DNA from: Mycobacterium tuberculosis H37Rv
GTDB taxonomy: Bacteria > Actinomycetota > Actinomycetes > Mycobacteriales > Mycobacteriaceae
NCBI RefSeq assembly: GCF_000195955.2
Contig: NC_000962.3
Coordinates: forward strand, 1,230,001-1,262,000
Reading direction: 5' to 3'
DNA: 32,000 nt
Position numbers and translations under genes: made by a program
Shown: positions 9,985 through 18,077 of the stretch, in pieces
Numbering within the stretch: position 1 is the first letter of the stretch
Layout of the letters: each line of letters starts with the position of its first letter
The notes under the pieces: generated by a model
The model's input: only the letters and a program-made list of their open reading frames with translations
Told to the model about the DNA's origin: nothing
The model's database searches: none

Positions 9985-10186
9985 GTTGTATACCGTCAGC
10001 GTTGCTGGGAGTAATCGACCCGGTGCCGCGTGGCGCATGTTCGGCCATGTTCATTGCCCGATTTGGCGCGATAGCGTGATTTATGTTGATTTGTTACATT
10101 CGCACTGAACCCTTCCGTATCTATTTTTATATTGTTGCGTGACATATCCGCTGTACGCGTGGGACGGGCCATTATTTGGATAATGC

Positions 10187-10885
10187 GTGATAAGCACCAC
10201 AAGAATTGATTTCCTATGGATATTGTCGGTAGCGTTCGCGTCCATGATTGCTCTTGCAACGCTGTTGACGCTTATCAATCAAGTCGTCGGCACTCCGTAT
10301 ATTCCCGGTGGCGATTCTCCCGCCGGGACCGACTGCTCGGAGCTGGCTTCGTGGGTATCGAATGCGGCGACGGCCAGGCCGGTTTTCGGAGATAGGTTCA
10401 ACACCGGCAACGAGGAAGCCGCCTTGGCGGCTCGGGGCTTTCAACAGGGAACCGCCCCCAATGCCTTGGTGATCGGTTGGAATGGCCACCACACGGCGGT
10501 GACGCTGCCCGATGGCACGCCCGTATCCAGTGGTGAAGGCGGTGGCGTGCGGGTCGGTGGCGGTGGCGCCTACCAGCCCAAATTCACCCACCACATGTAT
10601 CTGCCGATGGATGTGGACGCGGGAGAAGACCAGCCGCCGGCGCCAGATGAGCCGGTCACCGCGGTCGACGACGTGGAACCGGAAATGCCTGCACCGTGCC
10701 CGACCCAGCGCCCGCCGGTGACCCCGAGACATAACCTGTGCAACAAACTCCGGACTATGCCAGGGGCGCTCTCGGCCGCGCTGGCCGCGGCGGCGCCGGT
10801 CTGGCCGGCCCCTATAAGCGGCTGCCGCGGGTTCAGCACGTCCCTCTTAGCAAAAAGAAATCACCCAGTAATCGTCGGGAAATAG
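10187..10885 (+). CDS. Putative exported/membrane-anchored protein with an NlpC/P60-like domain
   Basis: 232 aa. N-terminal hydrophobic helix (FLWILSVAFASMIALATLLTLI), then GTPYIPGGDSPAGTDCSELASWVSNAA (Cys motif) and NALVIGWNGHHTAVTLPDGTPVSSG (His motif). Confidence 0.65.
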   Translation: MISTTRIDFLWILSVAFASMIALATLLTLINQVVGTPYIPGGDSPAGTDCSELASWVSNAATARPVFGDRFNTGNEEAALAARGFQQGTAPNALVIGWNGHHTAVTLPDGTPVSSGEGGGVRVGGGGAYQPKFTHHMYLPMDVDAGEDQPPAPDEPVTAVDDVEPEMPAPCPTQRPPVTPRHNLCNKLRTMPGALSAALAAAAPVWPAPISGCRGFSTSLLAKRNHPVIVGK

Positions 10886-11032
10886 AGTGTACCCAAACCA
10901 ATCCTTCCGTGGCGGAAATATTCTTGGCGCTTCTCCAACGCCTTCGCCAAATCGTTGTCCACGGAACGATTTCACTTATGCAAGCACGGCGCTGCCATAC
11001 GGATGTGTAGTCGAATGGCCGACGAACCGCGC

Positions 11033-11390
11033 TTAGAAGCCGGCGCGCACCCCTTCGAAGAGGGCCGGGACAAGGCCCCCGAACTTCGTGCCACTCAGAT
11101 GGACCATGTCCGGTTCACCGAAGGTCGGCGTGAACGTAACCGTGACCGGCTCGAGCGGAGCCAGCAGTTCCGCCAACCGGGTCGCTGACAGCGACCAACT
11201 CGTATCCGTACTCCGGTGACACGTCAATCGACTGCGATATCGACGTCTGGCCGAACAAGAAACCGTTGACGGCGTTGCCCGGAGCCTGCAGAACCGCACC
11301 GGTGGCCCCCAACAGGTTCCCGCTATGCAGCGCACCGACAAATGCCGTGTTGCTGTCCTGCAACCCCCTGACCGTGCCCAGGGCACCCAT
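11033..11390 (-). pseudogene. Remnant of the C-terminal region of a PE/PPE-associated protein, frameshifted
   Basis: Two minus frames complement each other: MGALGTVRGLQDSNTAFVGALHSGNLLGATGAVLQAPGNAVNGFLFGQTSISQSIDVSPEYGYELVAVSDPVGG, then LLAPLEPVTVTFTPTFGEPDMVHLSGTKFGGLVPALFEGVRAGF*. The pattern resembles PE-family C-terminal segments. Confidence 0.55.
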
Positions 11391-11632
11391 ACGTCATCGT
11401 CGAGCACACAGCGTAGCCGCCGGGCGCTCCGGCTCTGGGTGAAATGACGCTGGGGCCTCAAGGCCAGCACCGGTTACCCACTTCTCGGCCCCGGGAGCGC
11501 ACCATGCGCACGGCGATGTCGCCCCGTCAGGCATGTGCCCAAACCGTGGACAACGCACGTTGTCACCGTTTATCGTGAGCGCAAAGTGGGAGTATGGAGT
11601 GTACGTGCCCGGCCCGGGTACCCTGAGCGGCA

Positions 11633-11956
11633 ATGATCTTCATCGTCGTCAAGTTCGAGACCAAACCCGAGTGGACCGAGCGCTGGCCGGATTTGGTCGC
11701 ATCGTTCACCGCGGCCACGCGTGCCGAAGAGGGCAACCTATGGTTCGAGTGGTCCCGCAGCCTCGACGACCCGGCCGAGTACGTCCTGGTCGAATCCTTC
11801 CGTGACGGCGAGGCCGGCGGCGTACACGTCAACAGCGATCACTTCAGGCAGGCCATGCGGGAACTGCCGAAGGCACTGGCGTCCACCCCCAAGATCATCA
11901 GCCAAACCATCGATGCGACGGGTTGGTCGGCGATGGGGGAGATGACGGTCGGGTAA
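11633..11956 (+). CDS. Antibiotic biosynthesis monooxygenase (ABM)-like small protein
   Basis: 107 aa, MIFIVVKFETKPEWTERWPDLVASFTAATRAEEGNLWFEWSRSLDDPAEYVLVESFRDGEAGGVHVNSDHFRQAMRELP, a typical ABM ferredoxin-like dimer pattern. Confidence 0.88.
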   Translation: MIFIVVKFETKPEWTERWPDLVASFTAATRAEEGNLWFEWSRSLDDPAEYVLVESFRDGEAGGVHVNSDHFRQAMRELPKALASTPKIISQTIDATGWSAMGEMTVG

Positions 11957-11970
11957 CCGGCGAGGCCCGA

Positions 11971-12681
11971 TCAGCCGCCCACGTCGACCGCGATTTCGTG
12001 ACCCAGCCGATAACCCGGCGCCAGGGGCAGCGAGTCACCGCTCCAGAACTTGCCGGGGTCGAACCAGTGCGCGTCCTTGTCGGTGACCAGCAATCCCATT
12101 TCCTCATAGGTGATGGCCACCGTCTCCGCGCAATATGCCGTCGCCAGGCCCATCGTGCGCTGCTGTTGCTTACGTCGCTGGGTTTGTTCGCGCACCTTGC
12201 GGTCCAGCACCGGTATGCCGCGCAGCCAATCGTTGAGGGTCGGAAGCCGGCCGCGCAGCCACCGGCCGGTCAACCGGGCGGTGGTTGGGAAAGGCGTGCC
12301 GTTCATCCGCGCGATGACCCGCAGCAGTTTGTCCTCCTGGTCGCGATTGGCGTGCGGTGTCAGTTGACGCAGCCAGCACCGCTGCCGATAACGGCCGGCC
12401 CACTGCTGCACGACTTGGCGGGCGTCGTTGAGCTGCACGCCGCGGTGGTTGGTGCCGGTCCATACGTCGAGCAGCTTGTCGCCCAGTTCGGCATGCCAGA
12501 TCAGCGGCGGCAAGTCGTCGATGGCCACCGTCATGCCGACGTGGTTCACCGGGGCGTTCGTCAAGGTCTGGATCGCCCGGTCGGGTCGGGAACGGCCGCG
12601 AAACAGCCAGAGGTCGCCGGTGCGGGTTTCGTTCAGCGCTCGATCCAGCGCTAGCGTGCTCGGGTCCACCCCATGCACCAT
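11971..12681 (-). CDS. Permuted papain-like / YiiX-type NlpC-P60 superfamily hydrolase (putative)
   Basis: TGDLWLFRGRSRPDRAIQTLTNAPVNHVGMTVAID... (GD + HVGM) and ...MGLATAYCAETVAITYEEMGLLV (Cys-Glu motif near the C-terminus), in permuted order. Start chosen as MVHGVDPSTLALDRAL at 12681; the ORF is open to 12831 (286 aa). Confidence 0.65.
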   Translation of the reverse strand: MVHGVDPSTLALDRALNETRTGDLWLFRGRSRPDRAIQTLTNAPVNHVGMTVAIDDLPPLIWHAELGDKLLDVWTGTNHRGVQLNDARQVVQQWAGRYRQRCWLRQLTPHANRDQEDKLLRVIARMNGTPFPTTARLTGRWLRGRLPTLNDWLRGIPVLDRKVREQTQRRKQQQRTMGLATAYCAETVAITYEEMGLLVTDKDAHWFDPGKFWSGDSLPLAPGYRLGHEIAVDVGG

Positions 12682-12702
12682 AGGCGGATATAGCCTGTCG
12701 GG

Positions 12703-12912
12703 GTGCGCAACGTGTGGAAGTGGGTCGGGCTGGCCGGTGTCGCCGGCGTCGTCGCGGGTGGCGCCCTGGTGGCGCGCGATCAACGGAAACGACGTGCCTA
12801 CACGCCCGACGAGGTGCGGGCCCGATTGCACCAGAGGCTGGACGAATCCGACGTCGACGGTTATCAGTCCAGGTCCGGCCCGGGTGCCGCGTCGAGCGAG
12901 AACAGGCGATAG
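12703..12912 (+). CDS. Small single-pass membrane protein (candidate)
   Basis: 69 aa [55 protein letters not shown]...: an N-terminal TM helix, a positive-inside cluster and strongly GC-rich third positions over the first ~50 codons. Confidence 0.6.
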   Translation: MRNVWKWVGLAGVAGVVAGGALVARDQRKRRAYTPDEVRARLHQRLDESDVDGYQSRSGPGAASSENRR

Positions 12913-13504
12913 CTGCCGAAACGGATATCGGCACAGTCGCTGACGGCGTCGTGCACCGGTTCGCCTACCAGGATCTGGCCGCCGACCGCTTGCCCCGCAA
13001 CCCGAGCGGTCATTGCGACGTTGCGGCCGAACAGATCGTCACCGTGCCGCACCGAGCGCCCCATGTGGTGCCGATCCGCACCCGAATTCCCTGGTTCCGC
13101 TTACGCTTTGCGCTGTTGCGCAGCGCGTCCTGGATGTCGATGCCGCACCGCACCGCCTGTTCGGCGCGGGCGAACGCGATCATGAACCCGTCACCCTGAC
13201 TCGTGACCATGTGCCCGGACCAGCGCCGCACCAGCTCATGAACCAGCTTGTCATGCGCGCCAATCAACTTGACCCATGTGCGATCCCCGATTCGTTCGTC
13301 GAGCGCGGTGGACTCCTCGATGTCGGAGAACAGGATCACCACCCGGCCGTCCGGGGTTACCCGAGCCAGGTCGGGACGCTCTACCTCGGCCCAGTCGGCG
13401 GGGTCCTCGATCGAGCTGCGCACGGCCGCTCCGAACCCTTCTTTGCGCACCAGGTTCGCGGTCTGCCAGACCGTCTTTACCGCTTCACGACCACCCGACA
13501 GCAT
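12864..13504 (-). pseudogene. Class III adenylate/guanylate cyclase, frameshifted
   Basis: 13504->~13070 reads ...[82 protein letters not shown]...IRVRIGT. The remainder continues in another frame, [42 protein letters not shown] (to 12864). Confidence 0.88.
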
Positions 13505-13706
13505 TGCGGGCGTCGAGCCGCTCCCGCGGTTGCTCGGTTTCCTGGCGTATCCGCCTCAGCCGGATGCGCATCGGGACGAGTCCGCCGGCCTCGATCGTGG
13601 CGATCCCGGCCAGGATGTAGACCGCGATCTGCAGCGTCGGGTTGTCGGGCCAATGGGCTAGGGTTGAGTTCGGCCGCCGCGGGAAAGCAAGTCTGGAGGT
13701 GCGGGT

Positions 13707-15107
13707 TTGGTTGACGGCGGAGGTGGCGCGTCAGATCTGTTGGTGATCTTCGGAATTACCGGTGACCTGGCCCGCAAGATGACCTTCCGCGCGTTGTATC
13801 GGCTCGAGCGCCACCAGTTGCTGGACTGCCCCATCCTGGGTGTGGCCAGTGACGACATGTCCGTCGGGCAGTTGGTCAAGTGGGCTCGCGAGTCCATCGG
13901 TCGTACCGAAAAGATCGACGATGCGGTGTTCGACCGGTTGGCGGGCCGGTTGTCCTACCTGCACGGTGACGTCACCGACAGCCAGCTCTACGATTCGCTG
14001 GCCGAACTGATTGGCTCGGCCTGTCGGCCGCTGTATTACCTGGAAATGCCGCCGGCGCTGTTCGCGCCGATTGTCGAAAATCTCGCGAACGTGCGGCTGT
14101 TGGAGCGCGCACGCGTTGCCGTGGAAAAGCCGTTCGGCCACGACCTGGCCTCCGCGCTCGAACTCAACGCCCGGCTGCGAGCGGTGTTGGGCGAAGACCA
14201 AATCCTGCGTGTGGACCACTTTCTGGGCAAGCAGCCCGTCGTCGAGCTGGAGTACCTGAGGTTCGCCAATCAGGCGTTAGCCGAGCTCTGGGATCGCAAC
14301 AGCATCTCCGAGATCCACATCACCATGGCCGAGGACTTCGGGGTGGAGGACCGCGGCAAGTTTTACGACGCCGTCGGTGCCCTGCGTGACGTCGTGCAAA
14401 ACCATCTGCTGCAGGTGCTGGCGCTGGTGACGATGGAACCGCCGGTCGGTTCCAGCGCCGATGACCTCAACGACAAGAAGGCCGAGGTCTTCCGGGCGAT
14501 GGCGCCGCTGGATCCCGATCGGTGCGTGCGTGGGCAGTACCTCGGCTACACCGAAGTTGCGGGCGTAGCAAGCGATTCGGCGACCGAAACGTATGTCGCG
14601 CTGCGAACCGAGATCGACAACTGGCGCTGGGCCGGGGTGCCGATCTTCGTGCGGGCCGGAAAAGAGCTGCCCGCGAAGGTCACCGAAGTACGGCTATTTC
14701 TACGCCGAGTTCCGGCATTGGCCTTTCTGCCCAACCGCCGACCGGCCGAGCCCAACCAGATTGTGCTGCGTATCGACCCCGATCCGGGTATGCGACTGCA
14801 GATTTCGGCCCACACCGACGACTCGTGGCGAGATATCCACCTGGACTCCTCGTTCGCGGTGGACCTCGGTGAACCGATACGACCCTATGAGCGGCTGCTG
14901 TATGCCGGATTGGTCGGCGATCACCAGTTGTTCGCCCGCGAGGACAGCATCGAGCAGACGTGGCGGATCGTGCAGCCGCTGCTCGACAACCCGGGTGAAA
15001 TCCATCGGTACGATCGCGGTTCCTGGGGTCCGGAAGCCGCGCAGTCGTTGCTGCGCGGTCACCGCGGTTGGCAGTCGCCGTGGCTGCCCCGCGGCACGGA
15101 CGCATGA
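13707..15107 (+). CDS. zwf1: Glucose-6-phosphate 1-dehydrogenase
   Basis: 466 aa, LLVIFGITGDLARKMTFRALYRLE, RVAVEKPFGHD, ILRVDHFLGKQPV (G6PDH signature), LFVREDS-like end. Confidence 0.95.
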   Translation: MVDGGGGASDLLVIFGITGDLARKMTFRALYRLERHQLLDCPILGVASDDMSVGQLVKWARESIGRTEKIDDAVFDRLAGRLSYLHGDVTDSQLYDSLAELIGSACRPLYYLEMPPALFAPIVENLANVRLLERARVAVEKPFGHDLASALELNARLRAVLGEDQILRVDHFLGKQPVVELEYLRFANQALAELWDRNSISEIHITMAEDFGVEDRGKFYDAVGALRDVVQNHLLQVLALVTMEPPVGSSADDLNDKKAEVFRAMAPLDPDRCVRGQYLGYTEVAGVASDSATETYVALRTEIDNWRWAGVPIFVRAGKELPAKVTEVRLFLRRVPALAFLPNRRPAEPNQIVLRIDPDPGMRLQISAHTDDSWRDIHLDSSFAVDLGEPIRPYERLLYAGLVGDHQLFAREDSIEQTWRIVQPLLDNPGEIHRYDRGSWGPEAAQSLLRGHRGWQSPWLPRGTDA

Positions 15108-15128
15108 GTTCAAGGAGACGAAAAGGCG

Positions 15129-16151
15129 ATGCAACTAGGAATGATCGGTCTGGGCCGGATGGGTGCGAATATCGTCCGCCGCTTGGCCAAAGGTGGACAC
15201 GACTGCGTGGTCTACGACCACGACCCCGACGCGGTCAAGGCGATGGCCGGGGAGGACCGGACCACCGGGGTGGCCTCGTTGCGTGAGTTGTCTCAGCGGC
15301 TCTCCGCCCCGCGAGTTGTCTGGGTGATGGTGCCCGCGGGGAACATCACCACCGCGGTGATCGAAGAGCTGGCCAACACGCTCGAGGCCGGCGACATTGT
15401 GATCGACGGTGGCAACACCTATTATCGCGACGATCTGCGGCACGAAAAGCTGTTGTTCAAGAAGGGAATTCACCTACTCGACTGTGGCACCAGCGGCGGT
15501 GTGTGGGGTCGGGAACGTGGCTACTGCCTGATGATCGGCGGGGATGGCGACGCGTTCGCGCGCGCGGAGCCGATCTTCGCCACCGTCGCGCCGGGGGTGG
15601 CGGCCGCCCCGCGCACCCCGGGCCGAGACGGTGAGGTCGCGCCATCGGAACAAGGCTATTTGCATTGTGGGCCTTGCGGTTCGGGTCACTTCGTGAAGAT
15701 GGTCCACAACGGCATCGAATACGGGATGATGGCCTCCTTGGCGGAGGGATTGAACATCCTGCGCAATGCCGACGTCGGCACCCGCGTGCAACACGGTGAC
15801 GCCGAAACCGCGCCGCTGCCGAATCCCGAGTGCTACCAGTACGACTTCGACATCCCGGAGGTCGCCGAGGTATGGCGGCGGGGCAGCGTGATCGGCTCCT
15901 GGCTGCTGGATTTGACCGCGATCGCGCTGCGCGAATCACCTGACCTAGCGGAATTCTCCGGACGGGTCTCCGACTCTGGCGAGGGCCGGTGGACCGCCAT
16001 CGCGGCGATCGACGAGGGCGTGCCCGCGCCGGTGCTGACCACCGCGCTGCAGTCCCGCTTCGCCTCGCGTGACCTCGACGACTTCGCCAACAAGGCGCTG
16101 TCGGCGATGCGCAAGCAGTTCGGCGGACACGCCGAGAAACCGGCTAACTAA
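15129..16151 (+). CDS. gnd2: 6-phosphogluconate dehydrogenase, decarboxylating, short (YqeC/GndA) type
   Basis: 340 aa, MQLGMIGLGRMGANIVRRLAKGGHDCVVYDHD, DGGNTYYRDD, LDCGTSGGVWGRERGYCLMIGGD, GSGHFVKMVHNGIEYGMM. Confidence 0.95.
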   Translation: MQLGMIGLGRMGANIVRRLAKGGHDCVVYDHDPDAVKAMAGEDRTTGVASLRELSQRLSAPRVVWVMVPAGNITTAVIEELANTLEAGDIVIDGGNTYYRDDLRHEKLLFKKGIHLLDCGTSGGVWGRERGYCLMIGGDGDAFARAEPIFATVAPGVAAAPRTPGRDGEVAPSEQGYLHCGPCGSGHFVKMVHNGIEYGMMASLAEGLNILRNADVGTRVQHGDAETAPLPNPECYQYDFDIPEVAEVWRRGSVIGSWLLDLTAIALRESPDLAEFSGRVSDSGEGRWTAIAAIDEGVPAPVLTTALQSRFASRDLDDFANKALSAMRKQFGGHAEKPAN

Positions 16152-17052
16152 GTCGCCTGACGAAGTCCACCACGACGTCGGTGAACGCGTCGTTGTCGTC
16201 GCCGGCGGCGGTGCGCCCCGCGTTGGACAATTCGACGAACTCCGCGTTGGGCACCTTGGCCAGGAAGTCCCGGGCACCGTCGGAACTGACCACGTCGGAC
16301 AGCTTTCCGCGAATCAACAGGACCGGGATCGTCAGGCCCATGGCAGCCCGTTCGAAGTTCTCGGTGCGCAGCTGCGGGTCGTGCCCCGGCGCGGTCATCA
16401 TGGCCGGATCCCAGTGCCAGTGCCAGCGTCCGTCTCGCAGGCGCAGATTCCTCTTCAGGCCCTCGGGACTGCGCGGCTTGTCGCGGTGCGGCAGATACTC
16501 GGCGACTGCGTCGGCGGCTTCCTCGAGCGAACCGAAGCCGTCGATGTTGCCCAGCATGAAGTCCCGGATACGGGCGTTGCCCTCCTTCTCGTAACGCGGC
16601 ACCACGTCGACCAATACCAGTCCGTTCACCGTCTGCGGACCGGCGCGCTCGGCGACCAGGATGCCAGTCAGTCCGCCCATGCTGGCCTCGACCACCACCA
16701 CACGGCGGCCGATCGCCTCGACGACGTGTAGCACATCGGTGGTCGGGGTCTCCACGGCATAGTCGGCGCCGGGAGCGCGGTCGCTGTCACCGGGTCCGCG
16801 GGTGTCCAGCGCAACGACGTGGTGCCCCTCGTCGGCCAGGATCTGGCCGGTGTTTTTCCAGGAAAACCGGTTTTGGCCGCCACCGTGCAACATCAGGATC
16901 GTCGGCCGATCGGCCGCTGCGGCGCCCCGATTCCACTCGTCGGCGACCAGGGTAATCCCACGAGCACCGGAAAACGCGACCGCTTGGGGACTGCTGCTCA
17001 CGGCGCTCACGGGTCCTGACGTTACCTTGCTGGGCACGCGCCAAATCGTCAT
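16144..17052 (-). CDS. bpoB: Alpha/beta hydrolase (annotated as possible non-heme peroxidase BpoB)
   Basis: 302 aa from MTIWRVPS; ILMLHGGGQNRFSWKNTGQILADEGHHVVALDTRGPGDS, VVEASMGGLTG (nucleophile Ser), VLLIRGKLSDVVS. Confidence 0.85.
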   Translation of the reverse strand: MTIWRVPSKVTSGPVSAVSSSPQAVAFSGARGITLVADEWNRGAAAADRPTILMLHGGGQNRFSWKNTGQILADEGHHVVALDTRGPGDSDRAPGADYAVETPTTDVLHVVEAIGRRVVVVEASMGGLTGILVAERAGPQTVNGLVLVDVVPRYEKEGNARIRDFMLGNIDGFGSLEEAADAVAEYLPHRDKPRSPEGLKRNLRLRDGRWHWHWDPAMMTAPGHDPQLRTENFERAAMGLTIPVLLIRGKLSDVVSSDGARDFLAKVPNAEFVELSNAGRTAAGDDNDAFTDVVVDFVRRLS

Positions 17053-17126
17053 CGCCGACCTGGAGGATGCGGTGATCAAGGTGCCCTAGCTACTGGCCTC
17101 TTGGGTTCCGCCGGTTACGTTGGACC

Positions 17127-18077
17127 ATGCGGGCTGGACGCGGCGAACGGGAGTCAACATGGCGGACGACAATGGCTGAACCACACTGGATTGACGTGAA
17201 GGGTCCCAACGGCGACCTGAAAGCCTTGACCTGGGGGCCGGCCGGCGCGCCAGTTGCGTTGTGCTTGCACGGCTTTCCGGATACCGCCTACGGGTGGCGC
17301 AAGGTCGCACCCCGGCTGGCCGAGTCCGGCTGGCACGTCGTGGCGCCGTTCATGCGTGGTTATGCGCCGTCTTCGATTCCGGCCGACGGCAGCTATCACG
17401 TCGGTGCGTTGATGCACGACGCCCTGCGGGTGCGCTCGGCTGCCGGTGGCACCGAGCGCGATGTGATCATCGGCCACGACTGGGGCGCGATCGCCGCTAC
17501 CGGCCTGGCCGCCATGCCCGACAGCCCGTTTGCCAAGGCGGTGATCATGTCGGTGCCGCCGTCGGCGGCATTTCGCCCGCTGGGCCGGGTGCCCGAGCGT
17601 GGCCGGTTGCTGCGTGAGTTGCCGCATCAGCTGCTGCGCAGCTGGTACATCCTGTACTTCCAGTTGCCCTGGCTGCCGGAGCGATCCGCCTCCTGGGTGG
17701 TGCCGCTGCTGTGGCGGCGTTGGTCGCCGGGCTATCACGCCGAGGAAGACCTGCGGCATGTCGACGCCGCGATCGGGACGCCGGAGGGCCGGCGGGCGGC
17801 CTTGGGACCGTATCGCGCCACCATGCGCAACACCCGGGCCCCGGCGGACTATGCCGACTTGAATCGGCTGTGGACCGAGGCGCCGAAGCTGCCGGTTCTG
17901 TACCTGCATGGCCACGACGATGGCTGTGCCACATCGGCATTCACTCATTGGACGGCAAGGGTGTTGCCCGCCGGCAGTGAGGTGGCCGTAGTGGAACACG
18001 CCGGGCACTTCTTGCAGCTCGAGCAGCCGGACAAGATTGCAGAGTTGATCGTGGCGTTCATTGGCTCACCCGGCTGA
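17127..18077 (+). CDS. ephC: Epoxide hydrolase (alpha/beta hydrolase)
   Basis: PVALCLHGFPDTAYGWRKVAPRLAESGWHVVAPFMRGYAPSS, VIIGHDWGAIAATG, YLHGHDDGC, VEHAGHFLQLEQPDKI. Real start possibly MAEPHWIDV. Confidence 0.9.
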   Translation: MRAGRGERESTWRTTMAEPHWIDVKGPNGDLKALTWGPAGAPVALCLHGFPDTAYGWRKVAPRLAESGWHVVAPFMRGYAPSSIPADGSYHVGALMHDALRVRSAAGGTERDVIIGHDWGAIAATGLAAMPDSPFAKAVIMSVPPSAAFRPLGRVPERGRLLRELPHQLLRSWYILYFQLPWLPERSASWVVPLLWRRWSPGYHAEEDLRHVDAAIGTPEGRRAALGPYRATMRNTRAPADYADLNRLWTEAPKLPVLYLHGHDDGCATSAFTHWTARVLPAGSEVAVVEHAGHFLQLEQPDKIAELIVAFIGSPG

